DNA from: Pachysolen tannophilus NRRL Y-2460
Lineage: Eukaryota
Assembly: GCA_001661245.1 (NCBI GenBank)
Contig: KV454013.1
Location: forward strand, 563,981 to 627,980
Direction: 5' to 3'
DNA: 64,000 nucleotides
In this document: piece by piece, positions 50,501-62,142 of the stretch
How the letters are laid out: the number at the start of each line of letters is the position of its first letter
How positions within the stretch are numbered: the first letter of the stretch is position 1
Notes under the pieces: model-generated
Database searches by the model: none
What the model was told of the DNA's origin: nothing
The model's input: the letters and a program-made list of their open reading frames with translations, nothing else
Made by a program: the position numbers and the translations under genes

Positions 50501-50717
50501 TACTCTTGGGAACATAATCTATTTCTCCCAGCAGCTCTCTTTTTTCTACCTTTTTATTCTGATCTTTTAAATATTTATAATATAATTTCAACGCATCAAT
50601 ATCCGTAGCATTGGTTCTCTTCAGAAAATTTTTAAAACCTTGCACAGACAGCTCAGTCTCTATGTTCTCACTATTTTGCCTACCAGCTTTCCACCCAAAA
50701 AATCGAGAGAGCGACAT
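47565..50717 (-). CDS. NUP1: FG-repeat nuclear basket nucleoporin, Nup1-like
   Basis: Many FSFG/FxF repeats in a Ser/Thr/Asn-rich region and a basic C-terminus SGRKMAQMRRRR resembling the Nup1/Nup153 importin-binding tail. ATG at 50717. Confidence 0.72.
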   Translation of the reverse strand: MSLSRFFGWKAGRQNSENIETELSVQGFKNFLKRTNATDIDALKLYYKYLKDQNKKVEKRELLGEIDYVPKSSMDDEQLGEEGRQMEISDEETEQEEQEQQEQQEQEIEEDVEEDGQKFDSLERRGERKRIRSESPNNTSIKPENEVEDEIEIPFMRQILARVEPMERYKLLQLKKQMQLESYYQNRINFLNFHNLNATKRIPNSTYLESSTQTNYIPELKSTLKYENNSQPLKFRKLNEGNALETSNSCGTFSGEYLYGSENDENENGKENEKENNVEKIEKVQEITKPTPLYDTIIPTDIAFDDNTKNKYGIKDLAPGMVFMLDKNNKKNPISPTSENQQQLKKLKIDENKTNSNFNVKTDTSKISSLDNVPISGPSAGFNFIERNHDSKEKQKNKDLIISESVNANEESVPVINNTTSSFVNLKSDTENKSSGAAKSTENEKPTFSFLPSKTVTLPTKEEGSNQTIGFSFKPQVESEKPSLDATVKIPVSSTLFGSTTDKKEEPSSTNKNPLFSVNFGESKLVNNEKQSDSNVVSTFPSDSQKLEQKPLLSFSFGTKSNQDQLQLIPSFSFGNTNLSTSSTNNNDDNTKNSVENKETKKSTFSFGNSAFSNNNKVIGSNPDENKTKSESLFETKKPFDFGGGAGTTNKAFSFGAAPNLDENTAAKLPETTQNNKRKSSNALNEDTTSTPVFSFGKKEENKVSDAKKVFSFGTTSNNVTGAADENKGAASGISFNNNIQAPKPLPVTNSSAFSFNSLVKDQTEKEQPKPLFSFGQSSTPTLLSESGLTKQLSQSNNVMFGNKDGGLSGLNNNKKEPTPFAGSSGLVAPTSQPQPAFSFGGSSRSATPAFGSNTRSNTPSFETKKSSPFFGTGTQQQTSGNQFGGSSAFGTNSNQQQQPQAVGFQFGNKPATVAGNGGIGSAGTSFNQSRSTTPNFTAPNFNFTGASGSLDPSQVFGGAVNNNSTSSTPVFSNPPFGQQGSFQTGAPANSTNNVFGAQPQQLNNIFGGTPVTNNIFGGPGTPVSGNNSNNANPRLPLSGRKMAQMRRRR

Positions 50718-50968
50718 ATTTACCAACTCCACTCCACACGGTCTTTATCCAAATATTTTTTCTTTTTTAGAAAGCTTTTATTCAATCCCAAAAGGATCAA
50801 TACTAAACAATATCTTTATATATATATCTTAATATATATCTATAATATATATAATCTCTATATATATTTCTTATTACAATATTTAACCTCTTTCATTTTC
50901 TATACAACTTTTATTCAAAAAAAAAAAAATCAAAAAAAAAAATAAACAAAAAACTTATTTTTGAGTTT

Positions 50969-52165
50969 TCACGAACGACTTTTCTCTTTTTCTTTTATAT
51001 TGGAGAGTTTTAGTAGGATTTTATCATCATTAGTTGATGTTGTAGGAACGTGATTAGGGACATGAGGAGGAGCTGGAACGTGGTGAGATCTATGTGGAGA
51101 AGAGAATAAAGGTAGTTCTGTCAGGCTGAGTGTAAATTTTTTGTTGACTTTGTTGTTGTTGGTTCTTGTTGTAAAAGATTCTCTATCTGGAGCATCATCA
51201 ATGATCCAAAATTCTTCTTCTCTACTATAAATGAATTGTACACCAATTTTTCTTGGATGATATGCCCTTCCACCATTATTCAAATCAAAAGGTGCTTTAA
51301 AATATTGATGGTACATAAAACTTGCCACTGAAATACCAATTAAAGTTCCTGCTATAATATCTCTTATAAAATGTCTATTATCTGAAATTCTAGAACATGC
51401 AACATAAGTAGCTATAGGGAAAGGTGATATTACAAATAATACCTTCAATGAGATTGATCTACCATCAAATAATCTGCATTTTCCAGCAGTAAACAATGCT
51501 TGAATAGTTGCGCCAACAAATACAACAGAAGCATGACCACTTGGGAAAGATCTAAAACCTTCATTAATTAATAAAAAATTTGGATTAGAACATATACCAA
51601 CATTTGAAAGTTGATTTGGCAGAGGTAATTCAAAACTTATAGGTTGACACCTTTCTAACATATCAGGACGAGGAAGTCCAGAAACATTTTTTAAAGTACA
51701 AATTATCATTAAATCAAGAGCCATTGATCCTAATAAACATAAAATTCCACAATGAATATCCCATAATCTTCTTCTCATTGGAAATTCAGAACTTGTTATT
51801 GAAGTTAATACAATAGCAATACAAGGTAATCCAACCAGCAACATCACTAAAAACCAAATTGGAACTGCAGTTACAATTTCAGGGAAATATGTATATTTAA
51901 TACTATCATCTTGTAATGAAAATTCATGATACCTAGGAACAGCATAATATCCATATGTCATAAATGAAACCAAAATTATTCTTTTCCAGAAAAAAAAAAA
52001 AAGTCAATGTTAACATTTTATTCTTCATTTCACACAAGATAAAAACTTTAATCCAAGTACTACTAACATATAAATCAACCAATCTGCAATATATGAAAGT
52101 AAAGATAAAACTGAAACTTCATGTCCACAACAATAGAAAAACCGATCCAAAGATAACGCCAACAT
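50969..52165 (-). CDS. PAP2-family lipid phosphate phosphatase (Dpp1/Lpp1-like); complement(join(50969..51980,52068..52165))
   Basis: KNVSGLPRP, PSGH and SRISDNRHFIRD catalytic motifs. Intron GTTAGT..TGTTAAC..AAG restores the N-terminal SYIADWLIYI. Confidence 0.85.
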
Positions 52166-52510
52166 TTTTAAAATTCAAAATTATCCAAATTGATACATTT
52201 ACAAATCAAACCCCCCAGTCATAGCATACCATAGCATACCATCTCATACTATCTCAGACCACTCATACCATCTAAACTCTTCAAAAAAAAAAAACATCTC
52301 CGCAATCAACAATTTCAACTTGTTTGAAAAAACACAAAACCAAAACCAAAAAAATGAAATAGAAAGTAGGTCGTGCAAATTAGCGTCAAATATAATTTTA
52401 ATTTTTTTTGGTTTTATTAAATTTTATAAAAAAGTAATCAAAATATTGAACTTTTCGTATAATTATTGAAGTAAATCAATTAAATTTGATTTATCTTATT
52501 GGTTTTAAAA

Positions 52511-52862
52511 ATGTCTTTATTGACTTCATTGGCAGGATGGGCTTCATTCGGTAAGCTTTAATTGTTTAATTGATTGATTGGTTTGTTTTTTTTTATTGTA
52601 ATTTCAAGTTCTAACTAATTTGTTTTACTTTTTTTTTTGTTTTTTAGGAATTATTGTTAGAGCTTATCAACAAGGTATTAGGAAATTACCTTTACAAACT
52701 TATCCAATGGGTTATATTTATTCTGGTGGATTTTGGGTAGCATTTGGGTACGCGTTCAATATGTGGGATCAAAATAATGATAGATTGTTGGCTAAAAGGT
52801 TGGAAAATTTACAAGAAGCCAGAGCTAGAAGGGCAGCTGCTAATGTTGATGCCTCGAGCTAA
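52511..52862 (+). CDS. Mitochondrial complex I accessory subunit (fungal 14-kDa / NDUFC2-like); join(52511..52550,52648..52862)
   Basis: Spliced product MSLLTSLAGWASFGIIVRAYQQGIRKLPL..YPMGYIYSGGFW..FGY...W has two short TM segments and a W.xFG.xVR.xQ.G pattern. Intron GTAAGC..CTAAC..TAG. Confidence 0.7.
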
Positions 52863-52999
52863 AAAGTATTAATCTTTCATTTTTTATTTATTTATTTATT
52901 TATTTATTTGTTTATTTATTTATTTATTTATTATATTATATTATTTATCGTACAATGTTACAATTGTTAAGTTTAGTTTAAATTTAGTAGGAAAAAATT

Positions 53000-54250
53000 T
53001 TAGTCCTCTTCAATTCCACTGTCTTCTTCTTCTTCTAATCCGTTGTCTTCGTTTTCTTCTTCTGATTCACTGCTGGCGCCACTTCCACCACTATCGGATT
53101 CTTCTTCATTGAATTGAAAATTATCATCATCTTCATCATCATCTGAATCTTCATTTTCATTTTCATCTAATCCCTTAGATACAGTTTCAGTTTCTTCAAG
53201 TTGTTTTAAAATTCCTTCATGATCATTATTCTTACTAAATTTTTTAGCTTTCAATTCATCTGTCATAGATTTATCTCTAAACTCTTTTGTCTTGACATAT
53301 TGATCAATATTTTCAAAATCTTTTTGATCAATCATTGAAAATTCAAATTTTTCATCATTGTTTAATACTAAAGTTACATTAAATGTAATTCTTGTTATAG
53401 ATGAATAAGTTATACTTTCAATATCTGTAGATTGGAAAAATAAAATAGGTTTTTTAAATCCAAATATAATATGATTTGGTAAAAAATATAATTGACCTTC
53501 TTTTGAACCTTTATAAGCTTCCACATAAAAAGATTTGGATTTTTTATCATTAAAAGGATCATTTAATTCAAACCCACAAATTTGACATTGTCTTTGTAAA
53601 TAAGAAGTTAAATCATTATATTTTAATTGCAGTAAAATTGGTAACCATTGTTCATTTAAATTTTCAAAATTTAATTGAATTAATAATGGTTCATTTTTAA
53701 ATAAATTTCCAGCATTTTTATTATAAAAAAAAATTAAATATTTAACATTTTTTTTCTCTGGTATAGGTAAAAGTGTAGCAAATTTAATATTTTCTTTGCT
53801 CAAATCATCAATAACCATTTCTGGAGCTCCATCTTCAATTGATCTTGTTAATGCTAATATTGGAGTTTGCTTATTATTTGAATTTTTAGAAGCAAATATA
53901 AAATTTAATTTTTTCCTTAAAGGTGATAATACTGAAAGATCTGGTAATTGTAAAATAATATGAAAGTTTTTCAATGAAGTAATTGGTTGAGTTGTTGAAT
54001 TGTTTTTACAAGATAATGATGATTCAGAATCAATATTTGATATTTTTCTCTTCTTACCATTTATTTGAAAATATTCATAAAGATTATAAAATGCTTGTTC
54101 TGTCTCAGGATACGAGCCTAAATTTGAAAAAAAAAAAATTGTACTTGTTAGTTTCAATTCCAATTAAATGACCAAAAAATAAAAAAACATACTAATACAA
54201 TCTTTAATTTGCTTTTGTAAATCTAATGGTAAGCTTTCAGTAAATGACAT
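53000..54250 (-). CDS. RTT106: Histone H3-H4 chaperone; complement(join(53000..54117,54193..54250))
   Basis: SVLSPLRKKL, VEAYKGSKEGQLYFLPNHIIFGFKKPI, ITYSSITRITFN and an acidic tail. Intron GTATGT..AACTAAC..TAG. Confidence 0.92.
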
Positions 54251-55260
54251 TTTCTTTTGATCGTGTTTCCTTCTCTTTTACCATGCCAAATTTTCAAAAT
54301 CTTTTCACCTTAGCTCAAAAAAAGAAGGAAAAAAAAAGTTAACTTTTCAAGTTTTTTAATTTTATCAACTATATTTCCAGCTCAAGAGACCCCAGAGATC
54401 CCAATGGTTTAGTTATTTATATTTTATTGACTTTTTCGCTCAACTGGCGCAAAAAGTCAAATCAATACAAATGCCTGTTTTTACTACAGGTTTTATCCCA
54501 AAACACGCACTACTTTTCGCATCGATAAAATAACACTCAAATTGACAAGTTTCTTTTCTTTTCTTTTTTAGTTTTTTTTGGAAAAACACGAAACTGTTTG
54601 TAAGTTAGTATTCAATATTAATTTCCTTGACTATTTGTAAGAAATTTGAAAATTTTTTTTGTTTGAACAAATTCCCGTAAAATATTCAAATATACACTGA
54701 AGCCTGATTTGGGAAAAATTGTCATAGTCACAGTCACAGGCATCACAAGCACTATTACCACTACTACCACCACTACTACCACTACTACCACCACCCATAA
54801 CAACTCACCATTTGATCTTGACTTTCTCCTATAACAGATCACAATATATACTTTCCCCCTATCACCGCTTTTCACTTTTCAAGTATCCAACCAATTTGAA
54901 ACTTTAGTCCTCCTTTCTATAGATATATTCATCTATCTTGTAGGAAAAAGATAGCTGGTGATGATGATGATGATGATATTTTCTGTGGGAGAAGAAGACG
55001 TGCGGCTCTTTCTTTGAGGGAAGAAGAAAAAACAAATTGTCTAAGTTGCATATGCGCGCATATACTTGCATATTGGTATTTCTGTGAACTACTCAAAAAA
55101 TTTTCACTTTTTATTTAATTGTACAAGTAATAGTAGTAATAAAAAAAAATAAGGTATGAAAATTTTTGAGTTATATTTCTTGTAGTTGTAATTGCTAAAT
55201 TTGATTATATTTTTTTGCCTCCAATAGAGAGAGGTAAGGAGAAGAGTTGGTAGTTGCAAA

Positions 55261-56541
55261 ATGAAGCTTGACACTTCTCATATGAGGTACTTAACGGCCG
55301 ATGACTTTCGGGTCTTGATGGCTGTTGAGTTGGGCTCCAGAAACCATGAAGTAGTTCCAACCAAGATGATACACCAGATAGGTGGGTTAAAATCATTATC
55401 TGGGACGAATAGGGCTATTTCAGATTTAGCAAAGCTTAGTTTGATATCTAAGTTGAGGAATTCTAAGTATGATGGTTATAGGTTATCGTATTCAGGTTAC
55501 GATTATTTGGCTATAAAATCGATGTTAAACAGAAAATCTTTAGATAGTGTTGGAACAACTATAGGTGTTGGTAAAGAATCAGATATTTATAGTATTCATG
55601 ATCCTGAAGGTGTTGAAAAAGTTATGAAAATACATAGGTTGGGGAGAACTTCTTTTAAAACAGTGAAGAATAATAGAGATTATTTGAAACAAAAACAATC
55701 TGGAAATTGGATGTATCTTTCTAGGTTGGCTGCAAATAAAGAATATCAATTTATGATTGCATTATATAATAATAATTTCTCTGTACCGCGACCTTTTGAT
55801 AATTCAAGACATTGTGTTATTATGGATTTAATAAATGGGTTCCCAATGAGGCAATTGAAAGAACATAATAATTATAAAAAATTATATTCAGATTTAATGG
55901 AATTCATAGTTAAATTGGGTAATCATGGGTTAATTCATTGTGATTTTAATGAATTTAATATTATTATAAGAAATCCTGAAGATAATGGGAAATTTGATAA
56001 AGATTTTGTAGTTATTGATTTCCCACAATGTATTTCAATAGATCATGTGGATGCATCACAATATTTTATTAGAGATGTTGAATGTATTAGAAAATTTTTC
56101 AGAAAAAGATTTAATTATTCTCCCAGAGTAGATTCAACTATGTTAGATACTGATGGTTATGGTGAAGGTTATAAATACCCATATCCTGTTTTTGAAAGAG
56201 ATGTGAAAAGAGTTGCAGAATTGGATGTGGAAGTACAAGCCTCAGGTTTTATTAAAAAGGGGAAAAACAATCGTAACATTTCACAAGATGATGAAGATTT
56301 AGAACTGGCTGTTTCTAATATGAGAATTCATAATGATGAGGATAATGATGAAGATGAAGAAGAAGATGACCAGAGTGATTATGATCCAGAAGAATATGAT
56401 CAAGAAGATAGCGATTTCAGCGATGAAGAAAATGAAGTTCTGGATGAAGAAAATGAAAAGATTATTGAAGCTTTGACTGCCGGAAAAGAATTGAAAATGG
56501 ACAAATTTGGAAATTATATATTAGACGAGGAAAATAATTAA
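55261..56541 (+). CDS. RIO2: RIO2 atypical kinase (pre-40S maturation)
   Basis: MKLDTSHMRYL, GVGKESDIY, HRLGRTSF, LIHCDFNEFN and IDFPQ. RRPE-like AAAAATTTTCA upstream near 55096. Confidence 0.96.
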   Translation: MKLDTSHMRYLTADDFRVLMAVELGSRNHEVVPTKMIHQIGGLKSLSGTNRAISDLAKLSLISKLRNSKYDGYRLSYSGYDYLAIKSMLNRKSLDSVGTTIGVGKESDIYSIHDPEGVEKVMKIHRLGRTSFKTVKNNRDYLKQKQSGNWMYLSRLAANKEYQFMIALYNNNFSVPRPFDNSRHCVIMDLINGFPMRQLKEHNNYKKLYSDLMEFIVKLGNHGLIHCDFNEFNIIIRNPEDNGKFDKDFVVIDFPQCISIDHVDASQYFIRDVECIRKFFRKRFNYSPRVDSTMLDTDGYGEGYKYPYPVFERDVKRVAELDVEVQASGFIKKGKNNRNISQDDEDLELAVSNMRIHNDEDNDEDEEEDDQSDYDPEEYDQEDSDFSDEENEVLDEENEKIIEALTAGKELKMDKFGNYILDEENN

Positions 56542-56919
56542 TAAAAAGAAGGAAAAAAAAATAAAAAAAAATCTCATATAGGTTATATAATTAAATATTT
56601 ACTTGAATTGAATTATTTGTTTATAATCCTATTATTTTACAAACTACAGATAAATTGAAACAATTTCCGTTCGATATATATATGACAAAATATTTCTTAT
56701 TTTGCAAAATGATTACAGAACAACATATAAAAAAAAAAATAAAAAAAAATATAAAACCCTAACAAAAAATTGAAAAAAAAAATTTAACGAAAATTATCTC
56801 CGCAAATACATAACAAAATAATCCCTTTATATATTTTTTGAAAAAATATGTTTTTTTTATTCTCACTCTTTCTTTCTTTCGTCAATTTTAGATTATATTA
56901 ATTTTTTCTTTTTCTTTTT

Positions 56920-58761
56920 TTAACGTGTAGCCATAGCCTTGGTGACAACTCTCTTTAAACCTAATTCGGCCTTTCTGTAGTCATCAGCAGATGATTCTTC
57001 GATTTCTAAAGCAGCTAAAGCATCAGATAAAGCAGCTTCAATCTTATCTTTAGAACCACGCTTCAATTTAGCAGATAATACTGGATCGGTAACAGTTGAT
57101 TCAATTGAAGAAACATAAGCTTCTAATTTTTGCTTAGCTTCATGACGTTTTGAGAATTCTTCATCAGCTTTCTTGAATTTATCAGCATCGTTGATCATCT
57201 TTTCAATATCTTCAGATGTCAATCTACCAATAGAGTTAGATATAGTAATGTTAGCGGAACGACCAGTCGATTTTTCAACAGCAGTAACTTTTAAGATACC
57301 GTTAGCATCAACTTCAAAGATAGCTTCCAAGACTGGTTCACCGGCTTGCATAGGTGGAATGTTTTTCAAATCGAATTCACCCAACAATGTGTTTTCTGAA
57401 CAGTTAACACGTTCACCTTGGTAAACTGGGAATTGCACTGTGGTTTGGTGGTCTTCAACAGTGGTGAAAGTTCTTCTCTTAATGGTTGGAACAGTAGTGT
57501 TTCTTGGAACAACTGGGGCAAAGACATTACCTTGCATGGCAACACCCAATGATAATGGAATAACATCCAATAATAATAAATCTTTGGTTTCCTCTGAGGT
57601 TGATTGACCAGTTAAGATAGCACCTTGAACAGCAGCACCGTAAGCAACAGCTTCATCTGGGTTAATAGATTTTTCTAATTGTTTACCATCAAAGAAATCT
57701 GATAATAATTTTTGAACTTTTGGAATTCTGGTTGAACCACCAACTAAAACAACTTCATCAACGTTTGACTTAGAAATCTTGGCATCTTTCAAGACTTGTT
57801 CAACTGGATCTAAAGTTGATTTGAATAAAGCAGAGTTGACATCTTCAAATCTAGCTCTTGTGATGTTACTTGAGAAATCTTCACCTTCAAATAAGGAGTC
57901 AACTTCAACAGTGGTTTGAGTAACAGAAGATAAAGTACGCTTAGCACGTTCACAAGCAGTTCTTAATCTTCTTAAAGCTCTTGGATCGTTTGAAATATCT
58001 AAACCGGTCTTCTTTTGGAATTCTTTCTTGAAATGTTCTAACAAGTTAGTATCGAAATCTTGACCACCTAAATGGGTATCACCAGCAGTAGCTTTAACGG
58101 TGAAAACACCGCCAGTAATTTGTAATAATGAGACATCAAAAGTACCACCACCTAAATCGAAAATTAAGACATGTCTTTCCTTGTCGGATTTACCTGCACC
58201 TAAACCATAAGCAATGGCAGCAGCAGTTGGTTCGTTAATGATACGTAAAACGTTTAAACCTGAAATGGCACCTGCATCTTTGGTTGCTTGTCTTTGAGCA
58301 TCATTGAAATAAGCTGGAACAGTAATAACAGCTTTTTCAACCTTCTTACCAATTTTAGCTTCAGCAATTTCTTTCATCTTGGTTAAAACCATAGCTGAAA
58401 TTTCTTGAGGTGAAAAAGTCTTGGTTTCTTCCAAGTATTCAACTTCAATTAATGGATTACCATTTGAGTTGATAACTTTAAATGGCCAAGATTTAATATC
58501 TTTTTGGACGGATTCATCAGTGAAAGCACGGCCAATTAAACGCTTAGCATCAAAAACAGTGTTCTTTGGGTTCAAAGCAGCTTGATTCTTAGCAGCATCT
58601 CCGATTAATCTTTCTTCTGGAGTGAAAGCGACAAATGATGGAGTAACACGGTTACCTTGTTCATTTGCAATAATCTCAACTGCAGAGTCGTAAGTAGCGA
58701 CACATGAGTAAGTTGTACCTAAATCGATACCAATAGCACCTTGAAAAACACCGTCAGCCAT
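56920..58761 (-). CDS. SSB1: Ribosome-associated Hsp70 (Ssb)
   Basis: [22 protein letters not shown]-terminus and [12 protein letters not shown]-terminus without EEVD. Confidence 0.97.
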   Translation of the reverse strand: MADGVFQGAIGIDLGTTYSCVATYDSAVEIIANEQGNRVTPSFVAFTPEERLIGDAAKNQAALNPKNTVFDAKRLIGRAFTDESVQKDIKSWPFKVINSNGNPLIEVEYLEETKTFSPQEISAMVLTKMKEIAEAKIGKKVEKAVITVPAYFNDAQRQATKDAGAISGLNVLRIINEPTAAAIAYGLGAGKSDKERHVLIFDLGGGTFDVSLLQITGGVFTVKATAGDTHLGGQDFDTNLLEHFKKEFQKKTGLDISNDPRALRRLRTACERAKRTLSSVTQTTVEVDSLFEGEDFSSNITRARFEDVNSALFKSTLDPVEQVLKDAKISKSNVDEVVLVGGSTRIPKVQKLLSDFFDGKQLEKSINPDEAVAYGAAVQGAILTGQSTSEETKDLLLLDVIPLSLGVAMQGNVFAPVVPRNTTVPTIKRRTFTTVEDHQTTVQFPVYQGERVNCSENTLLGEFDLKNIPPMQAGEPVLEAIFEVDANGILKVTAVEKSTGRSANITISNSIGRLTSEDIEKMINDADKFKKADEEFSKRHEAKQKLEAYVSSIESTVTDPVLSAKLKRGSKDKIEAALSDALAALEIEESSADDYRKAELGLKRVVTKAMATR

Positions 58762-58970
58762 TTTCTAATGTTATTTTATATATATAAATTAAGCAAGGTT
58801 AGCTCACAAATTCTTCAAAATATTTCAAAGAAATATAAAATAATATATAAGAGTGAAAAGAAAAATTTTTTCACTTTCACCATTGCAAAACTAGAAAAAA
58901 AAAGTTTTTTTGGTGAGTGAAAAAAAAAAAAAAAAAAAATTTATTAAAAAAAAAAAAAATTGCATTACCC

Positions 58971-59331
58971 NNNNNNNNNNNNNNNNNNNNNNNNNNNNNN
59001 NNNNNNNNNNNNNNNNNNNNNNNNNNNNNNNNNNNNNNNNNNNNNNNNNNNNNNNNNNNNNNNNNNNNNNNNNNNNNNNNNNNNNNNNNNNNNNNNNNNN
59101 NNNNNNNNNNNNNNNNNNNNNNNNNNNNNNNNNNNNNNNNNNNNNNNNNNNNNNNNNNNNNNNNNNNNNNNNNNNNNNNNNNNNNNNNNNNNNNNNNNNN
59201 NNNNNNNNNNNNNNNNNNNNNNNNNNNNNNNNNNNNNNNNNNNNNNNNNNNNNNNNNNNNNNNNNNNNNNNNNNNNNNNNNNNNNNNNNNNNNNNNNNNN
59301 NNNNNNNNNNNNNNNNNNNNNNNNNNNNNNN
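58971..59331. other. Assembly gap (N run)
   Basis: Run of N. Confidence 1.
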
Positions 59332-59372
<41 letters not shown>

Positions 59373-59467
59373 TATGATGATGATGATCTCGTGTCAATAA
59401 CGTGTGATGCATTTTTTTGCAGGAAAACCCCCTTTTTTACTTTTTTCTCCCTCATCTTGAGAAATAG

Positions 59468-60610
59468 TCAGTATTTGAGAAGACCTTCATTTCTTTTATG
59501 AAGGATTTCTTCAATCATGAATTTTGCATGTTCGACTTGAACGTTTGAGCCTCTTAGTACTATTTTTTGAAGCTTTCTCCTATTGTTTAAGAATAAGTTT
59601 TCGTTCAATTGTTTTTCAACAGAGTGGATTTTTATGTTACAACCAGATTCTTTTCTTATTTGTTCTATACGAATTCCTTTACCTATTAGAAATGAAACAT
59701 CAACTTTTGGGAGCCAAACTTCTTTTACGTTATTATATTTCTTGACTTGTTCAGCATTAATTTCTTCACGTGAAGATGGTCTTGTTGATTGATTTGAAGT
59801 GTACGGAGAAAAAATTAAATTTTCATTTATCTTCTCCTTGTTAAAGATTTCTATCGGTTCCACAAGCCCAATTTCCCTTGTTGAATTTGAAAATTCCAAA
59901 TAATTTAATTTATCTTGTTGAATCTTAACAAGAGAATTGATTAAAAAACATTTATCTAGCGATTTGAATTGACATAGATACCCAGGTATATACCCTATTG
60001 GACACCTTGAAAGCTTAACAATGAGTTTCTCATTGTTAATATAATTTTCTTTGTTGTACTTGATTCTATAATGTAGGTCTCTTGAAATAATTGATGAAGC
60101 AGTCCAAAGATTGTCATTCTCTTTAAATATGGATTCAGAAAGAAACTTATAAAAAATCAGTATTTAGAACTCTGAAGCCCAAAAAGAAAAAACAAAAAAA
60201 AAAAAATAATAATTCTGATTTTTCACTTAACTTACATTTTGAAACCCTATGGCATCTAAGCCATTTGTTCTCAATAAAAAATTACCACTACAGAAACCAA
60301 GTTTATCCACAAGCAAAAAATTTAACTCTTTTTTCTTATCATTTTCATAGTTGAAAAAATTCTCATGAGCAATCAAAGTTTGACATAGATTTTTCTTTGT
60401 TACAACCAAGTTGTAAATTTTACAATTTTTAAAATCTGTGGATCTTTGCTGTCCAGCTGTTTTTGTTGAAATAAATAATTTAAAATGTTTACTGTTGTTT
60501 ATCTTATTCAAAACTTGAGCGGTTAAACAACTCACATCTCTATACACTTCCCTATCGGGGGTCTCTGGATTGAAAGGATATCCTTCCAATGTCTTTTGAA
60601 TTGACGACAT
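59468..60610 (-). CDS. MER1: Single-KH-domain RNA-binding protein, MER1-like (350 aa); complement(join(59468..60145,60236..60610))
   Basis: A 90-nt intron (GTAAGT..TACTGAT..AAG) joins two track ORFs into one open frame. C-terminal KH domain VSFLIGKGIRIEQIRKESGCNIKI..QKIVLRG. Lies between SSB and PTP1, the ancestral MER1 position. Confidence 0.65.
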
Positions 60611-60993
60611 CACAATTATTTAAACTATCACTTAATATAAACTATATATTCGGAGCTGGAGTTGTTTAAAATGTGCCAAGACACTTTGCTTTTATAGTGT
60701 TTTTTTCTTTTGTTTTTTGTTTTTTTCTTTCTTTCTTTCTGTATACTAATAGTATATAACATTTTGAGAGACAACATTTGTCTTGTTGTAGAGCCTAATG
60801 CGGAAATTTTTCATTTTACTATTAATTCAAATAAATAAATAATATATTTAATGCTTTAACTATCCGATGTTTAATTTTTTATAAATTTTTTTATATAATA
60901 CAGTCTTAATGCGTCGTAAATGAAAAGGAATTGTTCGACTCTTTGAACCATCAATAACCTTTGCAGACGAAGTTAAAAAAAAAAAAAAAAAAT

Positions 60994-61067
60994 CGACAAC
61001 GGCTGGAGTCGAACCAGCGATCTTGTGATTAACAGTCACACGCCTTAACCAACTTGGCCACGAAGTC
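60994..61067 (-). tRNA. tRNA-Asn (anticodon GUU), intronless
   Basis: GACTTCGTGGCCAAGTTGGTTAAGGCG TGTGA CTGTTAA TCACA AGATC GCTGG TTCGACT CCAGC CGTTGTC G. A and B boxes intact, followed by an oligo-T Pol III terminator. Confidence 0.93.
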
Positions 61068-61245
61068 GAATTTATTTAACTGAAGACGACCACAGTTTAG
61101 CTACATGAGATATGTTGCTGGGTAGGTAATGGATTAGAATTAGAATGAATTATGAGGCTTGCTATACTAAATTCAGAAAAATCATTAAGATTTTAGTAGA
61201 AGACATTTTAAACAATAAAGATTTGGAGTATTACAAGTTTTAAAG

Positions 61246-62142
61246 ATGGGTGGATCCAAGATACCTTTATTTTTGACACAGCCTTCTGAAGCTTTGATTA
61301 AAAAATACAGATCTCTTGAGGAAGTTCAAATTCAAAGATTGAATGCTGGTGGGCAAGATAGCAAGTCTGAATGGTCATATTCCGTAGGGTTAGATCATGA
61401 AAGAAATAGATATACCAATATTGTTCCATATGATAAATCAAGGATTCGGTTAAGTGTGGCACCTGGGTTTGATGATTATATCAATGCGTCGTATGTTGCT
61501 TTAGATTTGAAAGAGTATTCTTTAAGAAGAGGAAATTATATTGCAACTCAGGGTCCAACAGAAAATACTACGAGTCATTTTTGGCAAATGTGTTATAATA
61601 GTGTTAAATCTAATAATGTTGTTATTGTTATGGTGACACCATTGGTTGAGAAAAGGATAAATAAGTGTCATAAATATTGGCCTGATTCTGGAACCCTAGA
61701 TCTTCCAAATTTGGATGGTTTTAATCAATCTTTGAAAATTGAGTTTTTATCAAGTGAAAAAATTGATGATTCCTTCTTATTAACAAATTTGAAAATAATT
61801 CCTGATGATCCACAGTTGCCTGTTAAACAAGTTTATCATCTCTATTATGATCAATGGAAAGATTTCCATAAACCAACGTCAATCGATCCAATCATACTTT
61901 TAAATAAGTATGCTGAAAGTTATTTACTGGATCCTAATGATCCAATGATTGTTCACTGTTCTGCAGGAGTAGGTAGATCTGGTACTTTTATTACATTAAG
62001 CTATCTATTGAGTTGTAGTAAGACTTTTGTGTTAGGTGGCATTAATGAAAGTGATAAATCTGAAGTTGTAGATGGTAATAAGGATATAATCTTTGAAGTT
62101 GTTTGCCATTTTTCATCACATAGAATTTCCCCATACATATAA
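61246..62142 (+). CDS. PTP1: Classical protein tyrosine phosphatase, Ptp1-like, apparently C-terminally truncated
   Basis: RNRYTNI, YINAS, YIATQGP, KCHKYWP, WKD loop and VHCSAGVGRSG. The Q-loop is absent. Confidence 0.8.
   Translation: MGGSKIPLFLTQPSEALIKKYRSLEEVQIQRLNAGGQDSKSEWSYSVGLDHERNRYTNIVPYDKSRIRLSVAPGFDDYINASYVALDLKEYSLRRGNYIATQGPTENTTSHFWQMCYNSVKSNNVVIVMVTPLVEKRINKCHKYWPDSGTLDLPNLDGFNQSLKIEFLSSEKIDDSFLLTNLKIIPDDPQLPVKQVYHLYYDQWKDFHKPTSIDPIILLNKYAESYLLDPNDPMIVHCSAGVGRSGTFITLSYLLSCSKTFVLGGINESDKSEVVDGNKDIIFEVVCHFSSHRISPYI

Noticed and set aside
54618..54875. Poly-Val ORF between RTT106 and RIO2
   Set aside because: ACT/ACC trinucleotide microsatellite with a non-ATG start.
55050..55063. 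Palindrome ATATGCGCGCATAT upstream of RIO2
   Set aside because: A single short palindrome; at most a CGCG promoter element.
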